Positions 1 to 13,089 of a stretch of 64,000 nucleotides of DNA are shown here, piece by piece (within the stretch, counting starts at the first letter, position 1; every line of letters starts with the position of its first letter). This stretch comes from Mobula hypostoma (taxonomy: Eukaryota). A program made the position numbers and the translations under genes. Below the pieces are notes generated by a model, which saw nothing but the letters and a program-made list of their open reading frames with translations, was not told where the DNA came from and searched no databases. The stretch is from assembly GCF_963921235.1 (NCBI RefSeq), contig NC_086108.1:66776001-66840000 (forward strand). The letters run 5' to 3'.

Positions 1-572
1 GTATTGGTTAACCACTGTTGTTTTATCTTTGGATAGTTGACCTAGAGATGGGAAATGGATTTCCTCATGCATATCCATGTGGTAAGCTCACTACAACACA
101 ATTATATGCAAGTCATTCTGAGCTGGACCAACTTGGCTCTGAATTAACACAAATAGAGGTCGACATTTAACCAGAAACAACTTAGGAATGGTCTTGTTCA
201 TTTGTTGCTTTCTCCTGCTGGCTGTAATTCAAATAAATGGTGAGATTTCACTTGAAGGCCTGAAATCTGTCATCTGAACAGTATGGACAAGAGTAATCTA
301 GGTATCCATGTCTAAGCTCTTTCCGCTAGTCACTGGACTGGAACAGTAGTGGGAAGTGTTTGCTCCCTTCAGATAGACTAGGATGCTGACACTCACTAAT
401 ACTCCCTAACAACCACCCTTTCCAGATCACTTGACTCAGGAAGATTTCATAATGAATATATACTCTGTAGCTCAGAAAATGCATCTCTTCAGAGCAATGC
501 ACGAGTCCTGTTGTCAATTCAACATATACTGTTGTGTTGCAGTACTTGTTTTCACTTATGGTACAGGCCTAA

Positions 573-1328
573 AGGCTGATTTATACTTGTGTGTCAAATG
601 TACGCCGTGGGTATGGCATAGCAGTGTACTCTATGCTGTACTCTATGCTGAACCCTACGCCGCAGCCTAACGCGCACCTCTCCCAAAATGTAACTATGCG
701 TCGCGGTGATGCAGACCGAAACAACTGCGATTGGTCCGCTTGGTAGCATCGCATTTCCTCCTACGCTGCAATAGCTTCCCACTGGCCGACTGAAGGGCAG
801 GGAAGGAACTCTGGCTGCAATGCTTTCCATAAAGCATTACAGTCCTCTGAAATTATGGAGGACCCTGTTGCTTGACGCCAGTTTGTAGCTAGCTGCTACA
901 GCCTGTTGACTTCCACCTGAAGCTAAAACTCGAATGGTGATTGCCGGTCTCTGAGTATACTGTGTGTACACTGATGCGAAATAAATGGTTGGAGACGATG
1001 AACCAAATCGTCAAATCTACCTGCCGACATCCGAAAATATTTGAAATGCATTTCGTCATCTCTGTCTCTCAGTGGCCGGACAAGCACAGAAAATTCACCC
1101 TCCTTCAGTTTCAGTCGCCATTGTTTGAAATTTGAGTTTCTTCATGTTGAGTTTCAACACGAGGAAACTCAACACAGTGACATAGGAACATCACCACCAA
1201 CTAGCATTCTGGCGGTGAATTGCAGAGCGACGCAGATACACCAACGCACAAGTATAAATGCTCACAACGGCGTAGCCCACTTGCGTAGGCTGCGGCATAA
1301 GCTAGCACGCACAAGTATAAATCAGCCT
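573..1328. mobile_element. Non-autonomous PIF/Harbinger-like DNA transposon (MITE)
   Basis: 19-bp terminal inverted repeats (TIRs) AGGCTGATTTATACTTGTG ... CACAAGTATAAATCAGCCT. Flanks are TAA/TGA (imperfect 3-bp TSD). There is an internal subterminal copy of ACGCACAAGTATAAAT, and the element is CpG-rich relative to its flanks. Confidence 0.85.
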
Positions 1329-3779
1329 TGAGTCAGTTGACATTAAAAGCAGAGGAACTCTGCAGCAAACATATTCTATTAATACAACACTGTTTGAGGT
1401 TCTGGGCTTTATAAGAGTACACTGAGTAACTGATCTTCAAGTATGGTTTAAATTATTTTGATCAAAACAATATCCTGCATTTTTAGCCACAAATTTCCGA
1501 TGTCATTTATATATTTGTGTCACAGTTCAGTAATTGTTGGTTTTATTTCAGTAACCACAGCTAGTTCTAAATCCACCGTAAATTGGAAACATAAAGTAAA
1601 CCCTGAAGGAACTTGATACACTTATTTCTAAGATAATCAAAATATATCTTCATACAATACTCTTAATGAATTGGCTGTATCATGAGCTAAAACATAAAGA
1701 ACTGTCACAAGTTCCAGTACTTGCACTACAAGTTGCACATCTGTAATTCCAAGAAATTGTCTCACTTGTTATCATGCATGGAGCCCAAATGTGACAAGAT
1801 TACATCAACACAAGAACCCATCATAAACAAACTTTAGAGCTAAAATTAAGAAATCTTGTGTAAATCTCTCTTATAAATAAAAAAATGGAGCACACAGAAA
1901 CAAACAGCACAGAGTCAATATATGGAATGTAGAGGAACCAAATTCTGCTAACTTCTTAGAAATTTGGGTATGAAGAATTAAATTTGTTTGACATGACAGA
2001 TCAGATGAGAGCGGCATTAAGTCAACTAAACAGGGCGACACAATCCAGTTTTAACCACTTTGCTCATTTACAGCACTGTGCTTCAAAAGTAATTCACTCC
2101 ACATGAAACAATTAGAAACCTTTTGCAAAAAGGCGCCATGTAAATATAAGTATTGCTTACATTTAGTTATATAACAATGAGCATGTGTAACATTACTCAA
2201 GTAGATCGGTAGATGGAGAGGGGTTGCAATTCTTTGTGCTCTGTACAGAACCTGCAGTCCATTTTAAGTTGTTTCCAATACTTGGTTCCATTAAAGTCAA
2301 GGTCTAGGCCAGTAATTCAAGATAGAGTGTGCAGAGAATAATTGGATCTGAATATAGAGGTGTAATTCAGATCCGTTTTAAGTGATGGGACAAATCTAGA
2401 GTCAACAGTTCTGATTGGAAGTACCTGCATTTAACTGTTTAAGCTTCAGTAAATATCGAATACTTGTGCATATGTTGCTTAAATGAGAAGTCCAAGGCTT
2501 ACCAAATGATAGATGGGGACACACTCATTGCTGTGATCTATAGCTGCGCTCTTAATGTAAGGCCCTAGTGTCATGCTGAATGAGGTCAGGGTCATCTGGG
2601 ATCTTGTTTTACAGCAGGGCAACTTGCAGTATGTTTCTGGGAATAAACACTGATTTATTGGTGTGCAAGCTTGATGCAATGGCGATGACTAGTCTTGCTG
2701 ATTTCCCACAGTTAGACTGGGGAATCATCACTCCGACATCTGTCACACCAGAGTGGGTGCGCAATCTGTGACACCACTGATTCTAAGAATGTAAATCGGG
2801 AGGCAAAAGGAAAAGAGAGCAACCTTTAAAAAAAATACATTTTTCCTATCAACCCTGACCCTGCCTATGTAGGATGAAAATCAACCCATTTCTTTATTTT
2901 AGGTCAATTGGATATTCAGTGGCTCAGTGGAACTAAATATGATGGAGCACCTGGTGAGGAACTCCAATAGTTTCTGCTTTTATATATCTCAGATTTCCAG
3001 CATCTGTATTTTTGATTTTCATTAAATGTTATGGAGGGTGGCCTGATCTGAGCAAAATCCAGCATTGAAATTTGCATCAAGACTGTAGTTGAGGAAGTCA
3101 AAGTGTTTTCCCAAACATATATGCAGCGTGTTGTTCTGCTATGTAACAGGACTCCCATCCTCAGCAGATGGACCGTGGCCTCACTTAGCAATGACACCTG
3201 GTCCTCATAGTTGGAGGCAGAGCATCCCATTCATGAATGAAACACTAAATTGATTTTTTTTCCTCCCCAGCTCGTCCTCCTTTTTAGACAGGCCCTTGGG
3301 ATCATGCAGGATCCACTTCCTCTTCTGTTCTGAGGAGTGCAAGATGTTTGTGCTTATATGCTTTTAAAATGCGGTTCCCATTGTTCACCAGTTATTATAT
3401 TGGACTTTGCAGAACTATGACAAGTCCAAGACAACTGAGGATTAGATATAGGTTCAGCATGTACACATAATGGGCATACTCTCTTAAATACTAAATGATG
3501 CACTCTACTCATGCACAGCAATGACAATTAAATGGCTGAGTATGGTTGAGGGGTCTAAGGTACTGTATATTTTGCTGAACACATATAAAGATACACAATT
3601 GTCCTTTTCCTTACTTTCTCTTCACCGGGATCACTGTTCTCCTTCCTCAGTATCCTGAACTTTGCCCTCTTTCACAGTCAATCTCCTCTCCTTCCCAAAA
3701 TCCTCCTTCTCTTTTAGCTTCTTCCTCCTTTCTTTCCCTCTGAGCTATGTCCTGGGAATTTATTAGTTGAGAATTCCAG

Positions 3780-4140
3780 ATTCCACTTATGTACATGCAC
3801 AGTTAGAAGCCAAGCTCCAAATGGTTGACTGCTTCCCTGAAGCAGACACAAGAATTTGCCTTACGCTAAATATCAAGCAGACAAGGCCCTCCACCAGCCT
3901 ACCACACAGCCCGATCAAACCCCTGCAGATTGGGATCTACAATGAAAGTCTGGGAAACATGCACCACTGTCCACAGTGGTAAAAATCTTTTAGTGAAGGC
4001 AGACATTGATTACAAAGTTTATCTCTGACTCCAATGTATCAACACAGCTATAAACTGAATGACGGAAGGAATGTTTAAAGCCTACACCGTGAAACCTGGA
4101 ACCAAAATTATATTTTACAAAGCTGAAATAAGATTTTTGA
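3780..4140 (+). mobile_element. Decayed RTE-clade LINE reverse-transcriptase fragment
   Basis: DCFPEADTRICLTLNIKQT resembles the RTE RT 'F..A....GLTLNI.KT' motif. Related to the fragment at 15030-15410. Confidence 0.55.
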
Positions 4141-4184
4141 TGATCTGCTAATGTTACTTTATGTACTGTATGTGACATATGTCC

Positions 4185-4440
4185 TACGAGAGGATCACAA
4201 CCTTGTTGTGGTTTGGAGGCTTGCGTGCCTCAATGATCAGGAGAGCTATGTTGGTGGGAGTCAGAGCTTTATGCTTTGGCTCTTTGTGAAGTCACCCATG
4301 CCAAACAGTAAAAGACAGACTACGAGTGGTTCACCAGTCCTCCGGGTTCGTGGGTTCAGCTCAAAGTTAGCAACCCTGACTGATAAAACAAATTTTTTTA
4401 TGGAAAGAGCAATGAAGAATCCATCTGCATCTGTGTCTGA
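4185..4440 (+). mobile_element. RTE-like 5'-UTR fragment / RTE-derived non-autonomous element
   Basis: CCTTGTTGTGGTTTGGAGGCTTGCGTGCCTCAATGA...GCAACCCTGACTG resembles recalled fish RTE/Expander 5' ends. Confidence 0.55.
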
Positions 4441-4459
4441 TGCTATTCCTCAGTCTCAA

Positions 4460-4590
4460 CAAACAAGAGAAAATCTGCAGATGCTGGAAATCCGAGCAAC
4501 ACACACACACAAAATGCTGGAGGAACTCAGCAGGCCAGGCAGTATCTACGGAAAAAAGTACAGTTGACATTTCGAGCCGAAACCCTTCTA
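4460..4590 (-). mobile_element. Penelope-like terminal fragment, truncated inside the hammerhead core
   Basis: Same tail as the 34988 and 40562 copies. Minus strand reads GAAGGGTTTCGGCTCGAAATGTCAACTGT, lacking the upstream CUGA. Confidence 0.7.
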
Positions 4591-4859
4591 CTCGAAACGA
4601 TTCTACTCAACATCATGGCAAAAGATTCCCATGGAAATTGAAAAAAATATTTTGATTACATACTCAAAGTTTCTGCAGAAAATTGTAATACCACTGACTT
4701 CTGGTAATCTCTGTTGCATGACCAACAAAATGGAGGAGACCCCGAGCTTCTGTGAGGGAAGTCAAGAGAAAACAGAATGAATGCCTCAAACATCCTGTCC
4801 CATTGCCCCCATGAGGCACCAGCTGCATCTCTCGCCTACAGATTGTGGAGTTTACTTAA

Positions 4860-5305
4860 AACCATGAGACATAGGAGAAGAATTAGGCCATTCAGCCCAT
4901 AGAATCTGCTCCACCATCCCATCATGGCTGATTTACTATCCCTCTCAACACCATTCTTCTGCCTTCTCCCCATAACCTTTGGTGTTCTGGCTAATCAAGA
5001 CCCTATCAACCTCCACTTTAAACTTACCCAAGGTCATGGACTCCACAGCTGTCTGTGGCAATGATTCAGCACCCTTTGGCTAAAGAAATACCCCCCCCCC
5101 CCAAATCTCTGTTCTATATGGAAATTCTTCTATTTTGAGGCTGTGTCCTCTGGTTTTAGGAAACATCCTCTCCACATCCACTCTATATGCATCTTTCAAT
5201 ATTCGATACGTTTCAATGAAATCCCACTTCATTCTTCTAAACTCCATTGAGTACAGGCCTAGAGCCATCAGATGCACCTCATACATTGACCCTTTCATTC
5301 TTAAG
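4860..5305 (-). mobile_element. CR1 LINE 3' fragment
   Basis: ORF2 C-terminal motifs (GLYSMEFRRM..DFIETYRIL, TRGHSLK) followed by a typical 3' UTR. Confidence 0.85.
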
Positions 5306-6569
5306 TGAATCCCAAGTGAGATTCTTCAACCACCTCATAACTTCCAGTACCACAAGTCATCCTGAAGTCTAAGGAGTTGTCTGAGAAAAAGTAGATTACA
5401 GAAAGCTGAATAATACCATAAAAGATGTTTTCATTTGAATATGGATTTTTTCCAACAATGCATCACTTCTATAAAATAGTTCAGACTGCTTAGACAAGTG
5501 TTTTAGTCATATGAGCAGATTCGTATGACAAGGCTTATTTATTTTAACATTTTTTGATGTCCTTGAGGATTCTTGCTCTCTGTGTGTCCAAACAGATGGC
5601 TTTTGGCATAAATACAGATCCAACATGTCACCAATTGCATGACTCGGGTTACAGCCACAGGGCTGTTTATCTCTTCAATTAAGATCTAACCATGGACAAA
5701 AGGATAATAAGCCCCACAACAACACTCCCAGAACATTCAGGAGATATTCAGTACATTCCTTCTGGCATACATAAACAAAGCTGTTGCACAAAGGGATCAT
5801 GAATCAAATCCACACCTTTCACGGCTTGTAAGATGCTTAAACGGTTTTTAATAAGAAACTACATGTAGAGAGCGGAAAGGAAAATTACTATACACCCGCT
5901 GTTGCAGAAGTTATTCGTTTAGTGGCAGATTTTACTGTAATTATCTTTCAATATACTTCATCAAAACCTGCAATTACAGGTTTAACCATTGCCACCCTAT
6001 AAAAAACCTGGTGAATGAACAGTGATTATCCTTTATTTGGAGCACATTTCTGAAACCAAACTGCTGGAACAAAATTATTGCCTTGTTTTCTGTATGAATT
6101 ACCTTGAGACTGATAATGTAATGAAAATATATTACTTGCAACTGACTGGATTTGTAATTCAGAGAAGGTGTAATTGGTTAAGTATATGATCAGCAGTTTC
6201 AAAAATGTGCTGATAGTATCATGAAGTGGAAAGCAACGCAATTGAATTCAATAAATTGATTTTTAAATACATTTTACAGAAAATGCAAATCAGTTTGGCT
6301 CTTAGATTCGCCAAGCAGCAAAGTTCCATATTTTTTTCTGCATAAAATTGAAACAAAATAGGCAGACTTATGTCCTCTAACTGTGAATGCATAAAACTTC
6401 ACTTCAGCCAGAATTCTTTTGTGCATGACCTGGTTTTCATCAAACATTCACTCTTATTGATGACTGTAATTGCCTTGTAGTTGCACGGTGTGATTTCTAC
6501 TTGTCTCTTAGATTTCTACATGCCTAAATGTTGTCTACTTCTTACTTACAGCACAGACTGCAAGGAGAT

Positions 6570-6830
6570 CTGAATGGAACCAGATGCTGTGCGATTAACA
6601 TTGAGCATCCCTGCATCTGACCTTATGGTGGAAGCAAGGTCATTGATGAAGCAGCTGAAGGTGGCTGAACTGAGGATACTATTTGAATGAGCGCCTGCAG
6701 TGATGCCCTGGGGTAGAGATAGCTGACCTCCAAGAACCACAACCACAACCATAACCATAACCATCTTGCTCTGTGTGAGGTGTGACTCCAACCATGAGAG
6801 CATTATCCCCTTGATTCCAATGGACTGCAC
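6570..6830 (-). mobile_element. CR1/L2-like RT fragment
   Basis: GIKGIMLSWLESHLT...FSCFINDL RT motifs, with a short hexamer expansion (ACCACA/ACCATA). Confidence 0.7.
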
Positions 6831-6899
6831 TTTAAAATAGCTGTCAGGATGAAAGGGAAAAGTAGCTTTGTCCAAGAAGATTTAAAATCAAGACCTTGA

Positions 6900-8540
6900 T
6901 CAGAACCAGAATCAGGTTTAACATCATTGGCATTTATGATCAAATGTGCTGTTTATATGCTATTTTTGTGGCAGCAATACATTGCAATACATAATAAAAA
7001 GAAGTATGTTACAACAAGAAATAAAATATTATATACAGTCGGCCATCCTTATCCGTGAGGGATTGGTTCTGGGAGCCCTTGCGGATACCAAAAAACGTGG
7101 ATGCTCAAGACCCTTATTCAACCTGTCTAAATGTGGTGAATCTTAGGACCCAGCGGAACCCCGAACCTTATTTAACCGGTCTCAGTGCGGTGGACATTAG
7201 GACCCGACAGCAGAGCTCTGAATCTGCAGTGTTTCTGTTCACAAAAATAATCACGATCGCGATTTAAAATAAAGTAGAAATAATAAAACGATCGGAAAGA
7301 GGTGAAACGCCTTCGGTCATTGGAGAAGCGTTAGGCTACAGTCGGTCAACGATTGGAACAATTTTAAAGGATAAAGTGAAAAAAGCCCTGCCCCGATTAA
7401 AGCTACAATTATTAGTAAGCAACACAGTGGTTTAATTATTGGGTTTTGGGGTTTTGGGTTTTTGATCTACCACATCAACCCGGCACGGATGGAGAGCACT
7501 CGAGAGTGGTCTGTCACTGAATCGAACCTGGGAATTTCCGTCCCGAGCCCGGCGCTGAAACATACGTTTCTTAAGTGTTTTATATGCCTAGAAAGGTAAA
7601 ATATATACTATATACTAAGACAAACACTTGACTAACTGACGCTAAATAATACCGGATGTACCTGCTCCGACTTACTTAGGAAGAGAATGTCCGTTTTTTT
7701 TCGATCCCAATCCATGATAACCTATGCACATCCTCCCGTATACTTAAGATCATCTCTAGATTACTTATAATACCTAATACAATGTAACTGCTATGTAAAA
7801 TAGTTGTTATACTGCAATATTTAGGGAATAATGACAAGAAAAAAAGTCTGTACTTGTTCGAACAACAAGTGCTGGAAGAGCACTTCCGGGTTTTCTTGAT
7901 TCGCGGTTGGTTGAATTCGCGCATGCAGAACTCGCGGATAAGGAGGGCCGACTGTATGTATATAATTAAATCAAATTACTTTTGCAAGCACAGAACAAAA
8001 AAAGTGAGATAGTGTAGATAGACTCATTGTCCATTCAGAGATCTGATGGCAGTGGGGAAGAAACTTCCTGAAACGTTGAGTGTGTGCTTCAGGCTCCTGT
8101 ATCTCCTCCTTGATGATATCAATGAGAAGGGGGCATGTCCTGAGTGATAGCAGTCCTTAATTATGGATACCGCCTTTTGAATATGCCCTCAGTGCTGGGG
8201 AGGCTAGTACCTATGATGGAGCTAGTTCAGTTTGCAACTTTCTGCAGCTTTTTAAAACCCCGTGCATAGGCCCCTTCAATCCAGACAGGATTCAATCTGT
8301 AAGAATACTCTCCACAGTAAATCAGTAGGTATTTGCGAGTGTCTTTGGTGACATACCAAATCTCCTCAAACCCCTGATGAAACCTAGCTGCCGTTGGGCT
8401 TTCTTGGAAATTTCATCAATATGTTGGGCCCAGAACAGATCCTCAGAGTTGTTGATATCCAGGAACTTGAAACTGCTCACCCATTCCACTACTGATCCGT
8501 CGATGAGGACTGGTATGTGCTCCCTCAACTTCCCACAGTC
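6900..8540 (-). mobile_element. Rex1/Babar-like LINE 3' portion, interrupted by a Tigger MITE
   Basis: LIDGSVVEWVSSFKFLDI...ISKKAQRQLGFIRGLRRFGMSPKTL; tail of AGAACC/AGAATC repeats at about 6900. Confidence 0.75.
7036..7954 (+). mobile_element. Tigger/pogo-family internally deleted DNA transposon
   Basis: TIRs CAGTCGGCC(A/C)TCCTTATCCG with TA on both sides. Retains a CENP-B-type HTH remnant KVEIIKRSERGETPSVIGEALGYSRSTIGTILKDK at about 7270-7376. Confidence 0.9.
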
Positions 8541-8676
8541 CAAGGACGTACTGGGTAGGTTAACTGGTCATTGTAAATTGTTTGTGATTAGGTTAGGGTT
8601 AATCGGGTTTGTCAGCGGTTGCTGGGGCAGTGTGATTCGGAAGAGCCTACGCCATGGTGTATCGCTAAATAAATAA
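8530..8676 (+). mobile_element. V-SINE-like 3' fragment
   Basis: TCCCACAGTCCAAGGACGTAC...GGTTAACTGGTCATTGTAAATTG, ending in TAAATAAATAAA; similar to 24721-24972. Confidence 0.65.
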
Positions 8677-8862
8677 ATTCAGGGATCACCTTTATTCACC
8701 GTATTATATATATTTTTTTTACATGTACTAGGAATTTGCTGTCGTGTTTTGGTCTATTTATTTCATTATACATATCAATTATATCAGTAGAATTCACTGT
8801 AAAGTTATCTGTGGAGTTTATTTTCCACCAACAAAATTTAAAACAACATAAATCAAATGGAT

Positions 8863-9001
8863 CATAAACACAAGAGATTCTGTATATGCTGGAAAACTAG
8901 AGTAACACACACAAAATGAGAGAGGAACTCAGCAGGTCAGACAGCATCTATGGAATGGAATAAAGAGTCAAGGTTTCTGGCTGAGGCCCTTCATCTAGAC
9001 T
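8863..9001 (-). mobile_element. Penelope-like terminal fragment with degenerate hammerhead core
   Basis: Minus strand reads GTC-TAGATGA-AGGGCCTCAGCCA-GAAACCTT-GAC, followed by the family tail. Confidence 0.7.
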
Positions 9002-10894
9002 CAGCAATCAAGGGGAAATGCAATAATATGTATAATAAATGTATAATGATAAGTGGCTGGCTGCCTTAAGTCATGGCACTGCGCTACCAGAGCCTCTGAT
9101 ATTGTTTCCCTGTTGCTATCATTGAACAGAACAGAGTTTGCCCATTGGTTAGCTCACTTCATCTTCTTAATCATTCTGATACACAGAGAAAAAGATCAGA
9201 CTGACAGCATTTTCTGAAGACAAATCCGAATTCAAATTGTGGTCAGTACTCAGAAAGCTCGATGTCACTATCACGTGACTTCAAGCAACTCTGGATAAAC
9301 CCACACAAGCAGATTGCAGGTGTAAATCAGCAAATGTGCCTTTTGCTTGGAGTGGGTTTAAAAAAAAGTTTAGGTAACTTTCTTCGTCCTACTTAAGGTG
9401 AACAGTGAAATGTTCTATAAGATGAACCTTCAATGTAGAGGAAGTCTGGGTAAAAAGATGCTTTCATTAAATTATTGCTCTCAAAAAAGCCTCCTTCATC
9501 AATGTCTTCAAACTGTCAGATAATTCTAAGTCATGTCCATTTACATCTTCTGTAGAAGAGAAAGTGACCTAGACAGTTCCACAAGATTAACTCAATTATT
9601 ACAACCAGCTATTAAGTATTAACTCTCGGGAGTTGACTTAAACCTGCTTACAGAGTCCACTTAGAGGGAGGAGGGGGAGGGGAAAGAGAACATGAATCTT
9701 TATTTTTCCTTTGGGTTTATATTTAGCATATTCACAAGAAAAGTATTTTGAATTGAATGTACAATTGCAAAATTAGTCTGCTGCAAAGTTCTGAAGATAT
9801 GCTTCAAGAAAAACAGTATATACAGTATTTAGTTTAAGAGTCAACTTTTTCAAAGAGGCTTCTTTTAACTACAAAGCATGAAAGCCCTTTTGTGTTCAAG
9901 TCACTGCTGTATCAGATGAGGAAGGTGCATGGAGAGAAACTCTTGTCTGTTCTAATGATATTTCAGCTTCTCACACTGCGATTGCTACTTAAAGCAACAA
10001 ACACACGATCACAGGAACAAAGAATTGACTGATCAGTTTTAAAAAATTAGTAAACCTGGTAAAGTCAATTTTTCACACAGAGCAGGGGGCGGGGAGGGAA
10101 TGGGGGCAGTATATCCTCAAATTATTCAGCACATAGCCTCCTGACTGGTGTGATCTTTCACCCTTTGACCCTGAAGCTAAACGAGCTGGGGATCTGTGTG
10201 ACAAACCTGACTAAAATGCAATGAAGTAAAGCAACACTGAATGCCCTGAAGATTCAGTTCCAATCTTGAATCACATTTGATGTTTTCTGGCGAAGAGCAG
10301 AGAACATCTTTTCACCCACTTACAATCCTTGCAAATTACGTAACTGATACCAGAAACTTGTGGTGAAGTTGACTCTGATCACTGACTAGAAGCACAGTGC
10401 ACTGATTCATTTCAACATTCACCTATGAATTAATCTCTGGTAAATAATATACCCATGTAACAGAGTCAATACAACATGCTCCAGCTGTCTCCAAAATTCA
10501 TTTCACTGACCTCAGGTTTTTTCTTTGGCATTGGTCTAGTTGGTTTCGCTCAGTTTCTTTGTGCAATTTTCCCTGAGATCATCACAATTATGAATGAACA
10601 TTTCACTCAGTGCTAACTCAGAGTCTGGGACGGTCTGCACTAGTTTATAACAATAATTGTTTCAGAAGCAGATGCTATCCATAGAACTGGCTACAACTCC
10701 AAGGAAAATTACTTCATAATGTGAATGTCTCCTTTCAATATTCCAGATGCAAGGTCACTGCCGCCTCAGTGGTTGAGCTCTCAAGACATTGTTCACTCAG
10801 TCACTGAAGCACTGAAGAGGATGAGCGTAAACTTGTGGTGCTGTTGGGTTCCCTGACTGCAAAACCCTAAACATATAGATATCTATCAGCATAT

Positions 10895-13085
10895 AAGACA
10901 TACAAGATGTGAACAGAATCAGGCCATTCGGTGCATCAAGTCTCCTCTTCCATTTCATCATGGTTGATCCATTTTCCCTCTCAACTCCATTCTCCTCCCT
11001 ACCCCCTGTAACCTTTTACAGGTTATCAAGAACCTGTCAAGCTCCCACTTAAATACACCCAATGACCTGGCCTCCACAGCCAACTGTGGCAATTAATTCC
11101 ATAGATTCACCACCCTCTGGCTAAAGAAATTCCTCCTCATCTCTGTTCTGAATGGACATTCCCTTATTTTGAGGCTGTGCCCTCTGGTCAGACTCCCCCA
11201 TTACAGGAAACATCCTCTCTATATAGGCCTTCCAACATTTGGTAGGTTTCTCCTTCAATCTTCTAAATTCCAGCAAGTACAGGCCCAGAACCAAACACTC
11301 TTCATACGATAACTTCCTCATTCCTGGAATCATTCTTGTGAATCTTTCCTCTGAGTCCACTCCAATGTCAGTACATTCTTTCTTAGAGATGGGGCCCAGA
11401 ACTGCTCACAATATGCCAAATGAGGCCACATCAGTGCTTTATAAAGCTCACCATTACATCCTTGCTTTTATGTTCTAGTCTCCTTGAAAAGAAAGCTAAC
11501 ATTGCATCAGCCTTCCTCACCAACTCAAACCACAAGTTAACCTTTGCGGAATCCTACACAATTACTCCCAAGCCTCTTTGAGCTTGGACTTTTAAATTTC
11601 TCCCTGTTTAGAAAATAGACTACCGAAGTGCATGTCCATACACTTCCCAATACTGTATTCCACCTGTCACTTCTTTTCCCATTCTCCCAATTTGACTTAG
11701 CCCTTCTTCAGTCTCCCTGCTTCCTCAACACTACCTACCCCTCCACCTATCTTTATATCATCCGCAAACTGGGCCAAAAAGCCATTAATTCCGTCATCCA
11801 GATCACAGACATACACCATAAAAAGAAGTGGTCCTAACATTGACCCACCACCGCCTCCTGCCGATCACCACTAGTCACCAGCAGCCAACCAGAAAAGACT
11901 CCTTTTATTCCCACTCTTTGCCTCCTCCCAATCAGCCAATGCTCTATCCAGGCTTGTATCTTTCCTGTAATACCATGGGCTCTTATCTTGTTAAACAACC
12001 TCATGTATGGAACCGTGCCAAGGCCTTCTGAAAATCCAAGAACAACATCCACTGATTCTCCTTTATCTATCCTACTTGTCATTTCCTCAAAGAATTCAAA
12101 CAGATTTGTCAGGCAAGACTTTCCCTTAAGGAAACCATGCTGACTTTGACCTATTTTATTTTGTGCTTTCAAGTACCTTAACAATCGACACCAACATTTT
12201 CCTAACCACAGGGGTCAGACTAACTGGTTTATAATTTCCTTTCTTCTGTACCTCTCCCTCCTTGAAGAGTGGAGTAACACTTTGCAATTCTCCAGTCCTC
12301 CAGGTCCAAGCCAGAATGTTGTGATTCTTGAAATATCATTACTAAGGTCTCCACAATCTCTTGAGCTACCCCTTTCAGAACTCTGGGGCGTAGTCCATCT
12401 GATCCGGGTGACTTATCTACCTTCAGACTTTTCAGCTTCCCAAGCACCTTCTCTCTCATCATAGCAATTCTGCCACCTGACACTCTCGAACTTCCGGCAT
12501 AATGCTAGTGCCTTCCACAGTGAAGACACATGCAAAACATTTATTCAGTTCATCCGCAATTCATCATACACAATACCCAATCAAGTATAGCTGATCCCCT
12601 TGTGGGCTCAACCACAAACTGCTCTAAAAAGCCAGCTTGTAGATATTATGCAAATTCTCTCTCTTATAATCCAGCACCAACCTGATTTTCCCAATCTACC
12701 TGCATATTGAAATCCCCCATCACCATCTTAACACTGCTCTTTTGACATGCATTTTCCCTCTCCGATTGTAATTTGTAGCCCACATCTGTTGGACGCCTGT
12801 ATATGACTCCCATTAGTGTCTTTTTAACTTTGCAGTTTCTCAATTCTACCCACAAGAGTCTTCTGATCTTCTGATCATATATTACTTCTGTCTAAGGATT
12901 TGATTTCATTTTTTACCAACATTGCAATTTTGCCATATCATCTGCCTATCCTTCCTCACAGTCTCCCTACACACTGCATCGACTTGTATACCAAGTACTC
13001 CGTCCTCAGCCCTATAACTGGTTCCCATCCCCCAGCCAAATTAGCTTTATCCCTCCCCAACAACTCCAGCAAACTTACTGAGAAG
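10895..13085 (-). mobile_element. Internally deleted CR1 LINE
   Basis: Collinear ORF2 pieces: endonuclease (WVELRNCK..TLMGVIYR, VMGDFN), KSPGSDG, QHGFLKGKSCLTNL, C-terminus, then 3' UTR. Many frameshifts. Confidence 0.9.
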
Positions 13086-13089
13086 ACCT

